From NCBI GenBank assembly GCA_041937175.2, contig CP166615.1, positions 1,536,001-1,600,000 on the forward strand: 64,000 nt of DNA, in the 5' to 3' direction. Position 1 is the stretch's first letter, and each line of letters opens with the position of its first letter. The notes under the pieces are model-generated. The model was not told the origin of the DNA. It saw nothing but the letters and a program-made list of their open reading frames with translations, and searched no databases. The position numbers and the translations under genes were made by a program. Below, piece after piece: positions 51,631 through 60,359 of the stretch. The DNA is from Limnothrix sp. BL-A-16 (GTDB taxonomy: Bacteria; Cyanobacteriota; Cyanobacteriia; CACIAM-69d).

Positions 51631-51789
51631 ACTTCAGCGCTGTTAACCAGCATGGTTGGCTCCTGCTGTTCACCGGAACGCGGCCAACGACCGTTCAGCA
51701 CGGCTGTTAACCATTGTAGCGGCTTGCTTTGACCCGTCTGGGAAGCGAAGGGGCGCGAATCGGTTCCTCCCGAACCACCCAAACTCCCC

Positions 51790-52782
51790 TTACCCGGCCG
51801 GTGGACGACGGGGCCGCGGTGGGCGCGGGGGCAACTCTTCGTAATCCACCACCACTTCATCGGGCAAATTAGCCCCGTCGAGTTTGACCGTGCGCGAGGG
51901 GGTGGGTCTGGGTCTGGGTGTCCTGGGGGCGATCGGTGCTGAATTGTCCGGCTTTGTGGCAGCGGGCGACGGTGAATCCGCCGCTGCATTGGCGGGAGCT
52001 ACGGGATCCTCACTGGGGGTGGGGGCAGAGGATGGGTTTTCCAGGGCCTGACGATATTTTTTGCGCACGTAAACGGGTTTGGAACCCTCAGCGGCAGGCT
52101 CGGGCAAGGGAGCGGGCGATGGTGCAGCTTGGTTCGGGGGCACACCGTCCGGCGGTTGACGATATTTTTTGCGCACATAAACCGGTTGCCCTGCACTTTG
52201 CCCCTCACTGCCTGTGGTGGTGCTCACCGGAGCGGGCGGCGCGGGAGCGGCGTTGGTCGGGGGTGGCGTTGAGCTGGGCGTTGGTTTGGAGGCTGGGTTG
52301 GGTGCTGGGTTGGGTGTTGGGGCCGGACTGCCGCCGGGCGATCGAGAAGCTCGCAGGTTGGCCAATTGGCCCTGGATCTGGATCCAAAGCACAATCCCAA
52401 AGCTGGTTAGGGATTGGCGGAAGGCTTGCCAACCGGTCAGGTTAGGCTGGCTGGGGCGAAAGAGATTCAGCAACCCGGCCCAGCGATCGAATTGAGGCAA
52501 CGCGGCAACGAGCACTTCATCGAGGGTCGATCGCGCCACTTGTTCGCGCAACACTAAGGTTTGCCACCCTTGCCAGGCCATCAGCCCCACCACCACCCCT
52601 TGGCTGAGCAGCACGGCCCCATGCAGTTGACCACTGCAAACCCACAAGACGAGGGCATAAAACAGGCCAAAGCTGCTCCAAATCACGTCACTACGCCGTG
52701 ACAGGATCGGAAACCGCAGGGCGATCGCGTAGAGCAACAGGCTCCCGATCGCCACTAAAATCGCCAATCCATACGCCAACAT
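51790..52782 (-). CDS. Ycf66-family membrane protein with a Pro-rich disordered tail
   Basis: LYAIALRFPILSRRSDVIWSSFGLFYALVLW...QTLVLR; P/S/A-rich C-terminus. Confidence 0.8.
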   Translation of the reverse strand: MLAYGLAILVAIGSLLLYAIALRFPILSRRSDVIWSSFGLFYALVLWVCSGQLHGAVLLSQGVVVGLMAWQGWQTLVLREQVARSTLDEVLVAALPQFDRWAGLLNLFRPSQPNLTGWQAFRQSLTSFGIVLWIQIQGQLANLRASRSPGGSPAPTPNPAPNPASKPTPSSTPPPTNAAPAPPAPVSTTTGSEGQSAGQPVYVRKKYRQPPDGVPPNQAAPSPAPLPEPAAEGSKPVYVRKKYRQALENPSSAPTPSEDPVAPANAAADSPSPAATKPDNSAPIAPRTPRPRPTPSRTVKLDGANLPDEVVVDYEELPPRPPRPRRPPAG

Positions 52783-52809
52783 CCCGTCTTTATTCCCCCG
52801 TGGATCACG

Positions 52810-53439
52810 CTAGAAACGATCGCTTTCTTGGGCCGGAACCACGCCGGGCTGATTCAAGAACAGGTTCCCCGCCGAATCGTTTTGATAAACACAGTCCACT
52901 CGGGGCTTGCTGTCAATGCTGCCGGTGAACGCAAAGGTGTTCATCCGGTTTTTGCATTCGGAAACCTGCTTATCTGTCACCACGCCCCGTTGTTGCAGCA
53001 CGGCCCAGTTGTTGCTGCGCATGACGCAACCGGGTTGCATTTCCGGCTGGGACACGTAAACACTGAAGGGGCTGAGGGTCACGAAAATGCGCGCATTCAT
53101 GGAAATGGCGCTGGCTCCAAATTGGGCGCAGAGTTCCGGATTGGGAGCCGCCCGATCGATAAATTCCCGCGAAGCCACGTTTTGCGGATCAACACTGGCC
53201 GAAGAGCTGAACCCAATGCCCACGCCCATCCCCAGGATGAACACGCCGGCCAAAATCGCCACCACCGTGTAGTTAAAGCCTTTTTTCTTGGGTGGTTCGG
53301 GCGATCGCCCTTCCGATCGCGGTTCGCGTTCCACGTCGCGCCCGGCTGACTCGCGAGCGCTTCCCCGATAATCACTGCGATAACTGTCGCGATCGCGGTA
53401 GGGATCGCGGGCGGGTTGCCGTTTGCGGTTCATAGCCAA
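52810..53439 (-). CDS. DUF3172 family protein
   Basis: NVASREFIDRAAPNPELCAQFGASA, QPGCVMRSNNW, CKNRMNTF. Confidence 0.88.
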   Translation of the reverse strand: MAMNRKRQPARDPYRDRDSYRSDYRGSARESAGRDVEREPRSEGRSPEPPKKKGFNYTVVAILAGVFILGMGVGIGFSSSASVDPQNVASREFIDRAAPNPELCAQFGASAISMNARIFVTLSPFSVYVSQPEMQPGCVMRSNNWAVLQQRGVVTDKQVSECKNRMNTFAFTGSIDSKPRVDCVYQNDSAGNLFLNQPGVVPAQESDRF

Positions 53440-53570
53440 TGGTTAATCACCGATAGGAATTTACTGATAATCAATCTGAATCTCAGTCTAGATTGATCCA
53501 GTCTGGATTGATGCATGGTTTGTCTATTTCATGGGGCCCCGATCGGGATCCCCAACCCTAAAATTTCAAT

Positions 53571-54474
53571 AGACCTCTTGCACGAATCAAATTGGATGCA
53601 TTGCCTGGTAGTTGAGCAACCCAGCTAACAGATGGAGCCTCAAGCCAAAACGGCGACGACGATTGCGATAGCGTCCTGAGAAAATCCGAAATCGCTTCAA
53701 GCGACGAATGGCATGCTCAATCCGAATGCGCACCGCAGCCAACGCCTGATTGCAAGCTTTTTCCACCTCCGGCAGAGACTTTCGAGGTGGTTTCCGTTTC
53801 GGGAGGATCGTGGCCTCATGGTGACGAGCTAGCCCTTGATACCCACTATCCGCTAGACACAGCCGGTCTGGAGCTAAACGAAAAGCACTCTCACGCCAAA
53901 GCCGCAGGTCATGGGTGCGACCTCGACCCATCGCCGCGGCCAGGAATTGACCGGAGCGCCAATCAATCACCAATTGCCCTTTCAGCGTATGTTGCTTCTG
54001 CTTGCCGCTGTAGTAAGCACGCTGTTTTTTTTGGGTCGTTCAATGGCGACTTCGGTCACATCAATCACCACTACTGACTCATCAGCCTCGGGGTCTAAGA
54101 GGCGGCGTTTGCCGGGCAACGCAAACCGACCACTTTTGACCAAGACAGTCTCAACGCGGTTGATGATCCGACAGACGGTCGCTTCTGAGACCCCGAAATC
54201 AAGACCGATATGGAATTGGGTGCGATACTCGCGCCAGTATTGCAGGGTCAGCAGGAGTTGATTCTCCACGCTGAGGCTATTTTGTCCACCGCGTTTGCCG
54301 CTACGGTCGAGGGCGGGACGGAGGACATCGAGCATGGCTTGGAAGGTAGAGCGACTGAAGCCACAAGCGCGGCGAAATTGCGATGGGGGAAGTGATGCAA
54401 GGTTTTCGTAGAGCATCTCCCAGGGATGGTGACGACGACTTTCTACATTACTCCTTTATTCGTGCAAGAGGTCT
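53571..54474 (-). mobile_element. IS5 family (ISL2-group-like) insertion sequence, 904 bp
   Basis: Perfect 17-bp TIRs AGACCTCTTGCACGAAT / ATTCGTGCAAGAGGTCT; AAT duplication at 53568-53570 and 54475-54477. Confidence 0.93.
53587..54416 (-). CDS. IS5-family DDE transposase in two frames, joined by a probable -1 frameshift
   Basis: OrfA carries an HTH and IDVTE..IERPKK. An A8 run lies at 54025-54032. The shifted frame gives YYSGKQKQHTLK...ADSGYQG...RIRIEH. Confidence 0.88.
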
Positions 54475-54512
54475 AATGAGTCTGGTATCTTGCAATCGAT
54501 CGCTTGCCTACG

Positions 54513-54579
54513 AAAAAGCGCCCCACCGATGGGACGCTCGTGTGCAGAGGAGCGATAGTCGATCGTTTTGATGAGTCAC
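54513..54579 (-). ncRNA. Candidate small RNA with an anti-SD motif and an intrinsic terminator
   Basis: Extended -10 TGtTAGACT (54585-54593, minus strand); CUCCUCUGCACAC; hairpin AGCGUCCCA-UCGG-UGGGGCGCU followed by a U tract. Confidence 0.45.
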
Positions 54580-54653
54580 ATGCGAGTCTAACATGGGAGC
54601 CAGACCCCTCTGGGCCGGGATGGTTAACCGGTTTGGGGGTTGGGTTAGGTTGC

Positions 54654-55745
54654 CTATTTGGTGATCGTCATCAGATGGGATCGCAGATCCAAAAGCTTTT
54701 GCCAGGCCAATCCTTGATCCAAAATTGTGGCCGCTTGGGCCAAGCCATCCTTCAATGGCGTTGAATCCATGAAGTCAGTGGGGCGATCGGAGCCAGCGCT
54801 GTTCAGTCGCCAAAGATAAAAACCCGCATTCCAAATCACACTGGTGCGCCAGGGGTGATCTTGACCATGACTCCCTTGGAACAGGGAACTCAAGTTTTCA
54901 GCCCATTCAGCGGCCGTCCCCAGGGGCAGATTGCCTTGGCTATATCCCAAATCCCAGGGATTGAGACAGAGGCGATCGAACCGGCCCGGCTGCCCCAACC
55001 CCGTGATCACCGTCCGATCGTGCGGTAAATCGGGACTGCCTTCGAGGCCCTTGACCGTGGTGAAAGACTCAATTTGATGCAGCGCCAAGGCATCACGCAT
55101 CATCTGTTCCGTGGGCGGATGCACAAACCCCATCACCCGATGTTGGGGCCCTTGGTAGGGCGACCAAAGCAGCTCCAGGGTGGCCAGGGGCGGCCGTTTG
55201 CCAATTTCATCGCGGTAGGCCGCCAGGGGCACGGTTTCGGGAAAATGCTTCGGCACATAGCAGTAGGTTAAACCCTGCTCTGCCAAGCACCGTTCCACCT
55301 GCTCCCAACTGGCCCGAGTCCAATCCAAACCCAAGGCCTGCCATAGTTCCGTGAGGGTGATGCCATACTTCGTGGCCATGCGATCGCCCCCATGGAACAG
55401 CAAGGGAAACCCCGCCGCCGCCAGGATCAGCCCCGTGGCAATCCCCAAAGGAGCCGTGCGCGATCGCCCGTCGTAGGGAATTCCAAAGCTGACCAAGGGC
55501 CGATCGCCCTTGATCGGCCCGAAGCGCGGCCCCAACTCAGCGTAAGCATCCAACATGCCCGCCAACTCTTCCCCCGTGGGCCGCTTAATCCGATGGGCAA
55601 TCAGAAATGCACCAATTTGGGCTGGGGTGGCCGCCTGGGTCAACATCAGTCGCATGGCTTCGGCGGCCTGCGATCGATCCAAATTTTTGCCTGTGTGGGG
55701 CCCGCTGCCGATGGTTTTCAGCAGCTCGCGGAAGACTTTGCTCAT
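54654..55745 (-). CDS. Anthranilate phosphoribosyltransferase family protein (YbiB/TrpD2-like)
   Basis: IGSGPHTGKNL, QIGAFLIAHRIKR, PYDGRSR, GFVHPPTE, KGLEGS. Confidence 0.88.
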   Translation of the reverse strand: MSKVFRELLKTIGSGPHTGKNLDRSQAAEAMRLMLTQAATPAQIGAFLIAHRIKRPTGEELAGMLDAYAELGPRFGPIKGDRPLVSFGIPYDGRSRTAPLGIATGLILAAAGFPLLFHGGDRMATKYGITLTELWQALGLDWTRASWEQVERCLAEQGLTYCYVPKHFPETVPLAAYRDEIGKRPPLATLELLWSPYQGPQHRVMGFVHPPTEQMMRDALALHQIESFTTVKGLEGSPDLPHDRTVITGLGQPGRFDRLCLNPWDLGYSQGNLPLGTAAEWAENLSSLFQGSHGQDHPWRTSVIWNAGFYLWRLNSAGSDRPTDFMDSTPLKDGLAQAATILDQGLAWQKLLDLRSHLMTITK

Positions 55746-56103
55746 GGGAAACGGCGGGTTACTTGCGGGTTATTGAGGACGAGACTCAGGATGATTCGGT
55801 GGAGTTTTGCGGGAGAGGCGGTCGGGGCAATCCGGGGCGTATTATCAAGGGCGATCGAGAGATTAGCAAACTCCTTTGGTGGCCGATGTAGCCTGTTGCG
55901 TGCTTTTGGCTTAAACCGGATTTGCCCAAACCGGGCCCATCAGCCGCCACCGTCGCCAAAACTGTCCCGATCGGCCCCTTTGTCCCGGAGCCAGGCGCAA
56001 CCTCACTGTCAGCATGATTAGGGATGGGTGATTGCCTCAAGCGTCTCAGCAGTGATACATTCCGGCTCAATTCCTTTCTCGATCGCGTTCCACGCCGCAG
56101 CCT

Positions 56104-56838
56104 ATGCAAGCCCCGATCGCGTCTCCTGTCATGCGCCATAACGCCGTGGTGACTCCATTTCGGCCCAAGCAACCGCAACCCCTCCGCATCATTGCCATGG
56201 GCGACAGTGTGATTTATGGCTACGGCGATCTCAGTGGCGGCGGTTGGGTTGAACGGTTGCGCCGCCAGTGGATGGCTCCCGACTCAGCCGGCCATGTGAT
56301 TTATAACTTGGGTGTTCGGGGCGACAAAGTGGCCCAAGTGAGCGATCGACTGGAGTTGGAATTTCGGAGCCGGGGCGAGTTGCGCAATCGCCTGCCCGAT
56401 CGCCTGATTCTTTCCGTGGGCACCAATGATTCGCCGCGAGTGGGCCGGGCCGACGGCAAAACCATGACTCCCATTGAAATTTTTGGGCCCCAAGTGGAAG
56501 CCTTGCTCGATCGGGCCCAGGGTCTCTGCCCCGTTTTGTTTGTGGGTATGATTCCCGTCAACCCCAGCAAAATGCCTTTTTTAGAGTGTTTGTATTACAA
56601 CCACGCCGATCAGTACCAACATAAAGAAGTGATCCGTCGGGCCTGTGAGGCGCGGCGGATTCCATTTTTAGACTGTTTTGAATTGTGGCTTGCGCGTGGA
56701 GCATCCTGGGTTGAACAGCGCCTCGGTTCCGATGGCTTGCATCCTAATGATTTGGGCTATGAAAGTCTCCTGGCTGATGTGACCGCATGGCAACCGATCG
56801 CCCAACTTGCCGCCATGGACACCAAGCCGATCGCCTAA
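56104..56838 (+). CDS. GDSL/SGNH hydrolase
   Basis: GDSVIYG, NLGVRGD, GTND, DGLHPN. Confidence 0.92.
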   Translation: MQAPIASPVMRHNAVVTPFRPKQPQPLRIIAMGDSVIYGYGDLSGGGWVERLRRQWMAPDSAGHVIYNLGVRGDKVAQVSDRLELEFRSRGELRNRLPDRLILSVGTNDSPRVGRADGKTMTPIEIFGPQVEALLDRAQGLCPVLFVGMIPVNPSKMPFLECLYYNHADQYQHKEVIRRACEARRIPFLDCFELWLARGASWVEQRLGSDGLHPNDLGYESLLADVTAWQPIAQLAAMDTKPIA

Positions 56839-56894
56839 AACCAGTTTTGGTTTAATCCATCCCCAACCACTCGATCGCCCTTTCCTTCAGTCCC

Positions 56895-56928
56895 ATCCTC
56901 CAATCTAGCCATCGGTTGGAGGATTTTT
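56895..56928 (+). terminator. Intrinsic terminator after the GDSL gene
   Basis: ATCCTCCAA...TTGGAGGAT stem followed by a T run. Confidence 0.65.
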
Positions 56929-57219
56929 ATGAGGTGATCAGCACAATCAGCCATGATTGAGCCTTCCAGCGCAAACAATCGCGTTCTGCTTAGAAAACAG
57001 CCGAAAACCTCTCTTATTTGCTTCCTGAGAGGTTGATTTCATTCTCTAGTAATAGATTCATCACAGGTTTAATTTTTGTTTCGCCTTTAAAGCAAATCTC
57101 AAAAAATCATTTTCAAAATTCACTTTTTCTAGATTTCTCCAACCGCAATCAGTAAAATCGTTTACCATGATTTGCGTGATCCATTCATCCATGCACGGGT
57201 CACAAAGGAGTAAGGCGAG

Positions 57220-57882
57220 ATGCAATCAACTCTGCTGTTGCTGGTCTTGTGGGATCTGGAACGCATGACGGGGGCGGGTGTGCCTCGCAAGGGCAAAGTG
57301 GGCGGCAAGGGTAAGGATGACACGGCGCGATCGCGCTGTGGCAGCAAGGTCAAGGTTTCGGATTTTGAAGAAGCGGTGGACGCGCTGCTCCAAGCGGGAG
57401 CTGTGAGCGAGAACGGGGGACGGTTATCCCTGACGGCGGCGGGTAAGGCGCGGCTGGATCAAGAATTGCGGGCGGGCAAACTGGCGTTTTGGACGAAGGG
57501 ACAGAAGGGCACGGTGGTGAGTGCCAAAAATGCTCAGGCGGCGTTGAATTGGTTGCAACAGGCTCCCGCTCCGGCGGCTGGGGCTATTTCGGCGGGCGAA
57601 AAAATTACGTCCTACGACGAATTTAAGACGGTGGTTTTGGACACCCACAAGTTCTTGAATGAGGAACATCGATGCGAAAACTTTGTGCCGATCTACCAAA
57701 TTCGTCGGCAACTGGGCGATCGAATTTCGCGCACACAATTCGATGAATGGCTACTGGAAATGCAGGGCGATGACATTTTTCAATTGGAAAAGGGCAATGC
57801 ATCCGATGCGTCTAAGGATCAGCTCAAAGATTCAATTGAAACAAAAACTAGTGGTTTACGGTTCTATGCCAAGTTGCTGTAA
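57220..57882 (+). CDS. Hypothetical protein with probable winged-helix domains
   Basis: AAGGAG SD; LLQAGAV...LSLTAAGKARL wHTH wing; C-terminal VPIYQIRRQLG...FDEWLLEMQ. Confidence 0.8.
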   Translation: MQSTLLLLVLWDLERMTGAGVPRKGKVGGKGKDDTARSRCGSKVKVSDFEEAVDALLQAGAVSENGGRLSLTAAGKARLDQELRAGKLAFWTKGQKGTVVSAKNAQAALNWLQQAPAPAAGAISAGEKITSYDEFKTVVLDTHKFLNEEHRCENFVPIYQIRRQLGDRISRTQFDEWLLEMQGDDIFQLEKGNASDASKDQLKDSIETKTSGLRFYAKLL

Positions 57883-57944
57883 AGCGGCTTGATTGTTTCT
57901 GTTTTGTTCCTTGCACACCAGATCGCAAAGTTGAGTTTTGGGTT

Positions 57945-60347
57945 ATGACGAATGCTTCCCCTTTGCATGAAATTCATCAAGCCATTCAGGAATATAACCC
58001 GTTCAACTTGCGATCTGTTGTCAAGCATCAGGATGTTTGGAATACAGACTTTATTGATTTTGAGTTTTTGCACGCTTCTGCATCGGACTTGATTTTAAAA
58101 AGACTGAAGGAAGTTCAAGAAAATTCTGACCGAGAAAAAAAGATTTCATCTTTCGTAATCACTGCCGAGCAGGGGATGGGAAAAAGTCACTTGGTTCGAC
58201 GGCTTCACAGGCGGATCTATGAAGCTCAAGATGCTTTTTTCCTCTACATGAGTTTTTCTCTATGTGGAAATATTGATCTGATCAATTATGAGCTACGTCA
58301 AGCTATTTCCCGAAGCTTGTCGCAACTTACTGTGCTAGGTATTTCTCAGTGGCAAGCATTGGCAACTTCTATTATCGAGAAAAGAATACTGACCTCCAAA
58401 AGTAATCAGAGTCTCGATTCAGTACGCTTTGTCAAGCAGTTTGATGAAAACTGCCGTAGCTATCAAGCAAAGGGGAAAAGCTTAATTGAGACGCTGTTTG
58501 CTAAGTGCCAGCCTTACTTTCCAGAAGTTGATCCTGACATTCTCAAGGCCTTGATTTGGACTCTATCAGAATCTTACGCTCCTTATGCCATTAAATGGCT
58601 GAGCGGCGATGAGCTATCAACAGCCTATCTTGAGAAAATGGGTTTACCCAGTATTCCAACTTCTGATTCATCTAGGGAGTCGGAATCTTTAAAGGCGAAC
58701 CTGGCAATTTTGAAGCTTTTGGTTGCTCATCGTCCTGTTTTACTTTGTTTTGATGAGACTGAAATTTCACAATTGAATAATCAGGGCTTGACCTCAACGC
58801 AAGTTTTAGCTTATTTGATCAAGTATATCTTTGATTCACTACATCTTTCCGAGGAAGATTGTGGATTAATTCTAACCTCCTTCCTGTTTCCTAATTCATG
58901 GCAATCTGAGATACCGTCTCTGGCTGGTGCTACTGATCGAATGACAGCGGGTACTGGTCAGCCTATTAGCCTGAAGCAACTAGATAGTCAGTTACTCCTC
59001 AAACTAGTTAGATTCTTACTAGAGAAGAAATTTTATGAGCCACGCAATTTAACGCCGCCTCATCCGCTCTATCCCTTCGATGAAAATGAGCTGAGGGAAC
59101 TTGGTAAAAAAGAACGCCCACCGATTCGTTACGCCCTGCGTTGGTGTGCTGAAAACTTTGTGGTAACAGCGCCGCCGATTCCGCCTGAGGAGCGTTTTCA
59201 AAAGGGATTTGAAGAGAAACTCCAAGATGATTATCGCGAAGCAATGGCCGACGGCACTACTGTTGCTGAAACCCTGCGCTATTGCTTTGAGTTGGTTGTC
59301 AATCAAACCATCAGCGGTGAAACAAAATCCGGCGAGAGAATTGAAGGGGCTACGATTACCGCGATCGCCAATATTGAACCCAAAGCCAAAAATGCTGGCT
59401 ACATCAACTTCAAGATTGTCGGAACCGAACAGGACAAACCCTTCGCGATCGGGGTAGCCGTCCTGCAACAATCGGGCCTCTCCTTTGCCGCCGGTTTGAA
59501 TCGCCTAGTGGACTACAAAACCTATGGGCTGACGCGCGGCTGTCTGATTCGTGGCGCAGACTTCAAGATCAAGACCTTCTGGGATTCCTACAAAACCTAC
59601 CAGAACTTTATCCAGCGCCAAGGTGGCGAGCACATTGAACCCGACCCGGAACAATTGAAAGTCTTGATGGCTCTGAAAGCCGTCTTTGAAAGCGCTTCAA
59701 TTTATGGTTTGACGGAAGCAGAAGTACAAGAATTTTCTCGCGAAATTGCACTGAATAATGAGATTCTGTTGGAGATTCTCAGTGATCCATCGGGCTTGAT
59801 TGATCCCAGCATTATCGATGACGAAACCCTCGTCAGCATCATTATTGGCGACGATGATTTGATCGATACCAGCGCGATCGAGGACAATGAAGAAGACCTG
59901 ATCGATTTGTTGGTGGGCAGCGGCGATGATGATTTAGAACCAGACGATGCGAGCCAGCCAGCAACTCCACCCGCTGATACATCGACAATCCAGTCACTCA
60001 CCCTCAAGTCTGACTACAAAGGTAAGAAACTTTGTGCTTTTACCCTGCGTGGCGAAAATTATTCGGTCAAGAGCTGGCGCGAGTTCTTTATCACTATTAA
60101 CCAAGTACTAGCAGAGAAACACGCCGAGAAATTTGTCAAGGTTGCGCTAGAGTCCAATGGACGAAAGGCTCGGTTTTCTCAAAAAACTGAGGGGATGTTT
60201 AAGCCTATCTTCCTAGAAAAGGTAGGGCTATACATTGAAACAGATTTGGGAATTTCTAGCGTTCTAACTCTCACGGAAAAACTGCTAGCTCCTCTGGGGT
60301 ATTTGGAGGACGAATTGACTTTGCAAGTGGTTGACAAAATTAATTAG
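57945..60347 (+). CDS. AAA+/P-loop ATPase with an acidic linker and a C-terminal putative DNA-binding domain
   Basis: Walker A AEQGMGKS, Walker B LLCFDETE, HPLYPF..R; C-terminal AFTLRGENYSVKSW...YIETDL...GY. Confidence 0.85.
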   Translation: MTNASPLHEIHQAIQEYNPFNLRSVVKHQDVWNTDFIDFEFLHASASDLILKRLKEVQENSDREKKISSFVITAEQGMGKSHLVRRLHRRIYEAQDAFFLYMSFSLCGNIDLINYELRQAISRSLSQLTVLGISQWQALATSIIEKRILTSKSNQSLDSVRFVKQFDENCRSYQAKGKSLIETLFAKCQPYFPEVDPDILKALIWTLSESYAPYAIKWLSGDELSTAYLEKMGLPSIPTSDSSRESESLKANLAILKLLVAHRPVLLCFDETEISQLNNQGLTSTQVLAYLIKYIFDSLHLSEEDCGLILTSFLFPNSWQSEIPSLAGATDRMTAGTGQPISLKQLDSQLLLKLVRFLLEKKFYEPRNLTPPHPLYPFDENELRELGKKERPPIRYALRWCAENFVVTAPPIPPEERFQKGFEEKLQDDYREAMADGTTVAETLRYCFELVVNQTISGETKSGERIEGATITAIANIEPKAKNAGYINFKIVGTEQDKPFAIGVAVLQQSGLSFAAGLNRLVDYKTYGLTRGCLIRGADFKIKTFWDSYKTYQNFIQRQGGEHIEPDPEQLKVLMALKAVFESASIYGLTEAEVQEFSREIALNNEILLEILSDPSGLIDPSIIDDETLVSIIIGDDDLIDTSAIEDNEEDLIDLLVGSGDDDLEPDDASQPATPPADTSTIQSLTLKSDYKGKKLCAFTLRGENYSVKSWREFFITINQVLAEKHAEKFVKVALESNGRKARFSQKTEGMFKPIFLEKVGLYIETDLGISSVLTLTEKLLAPLGYLEDELTLQVVDKIN

Positions 60348-60359
60348 TAATCCAGCCAC

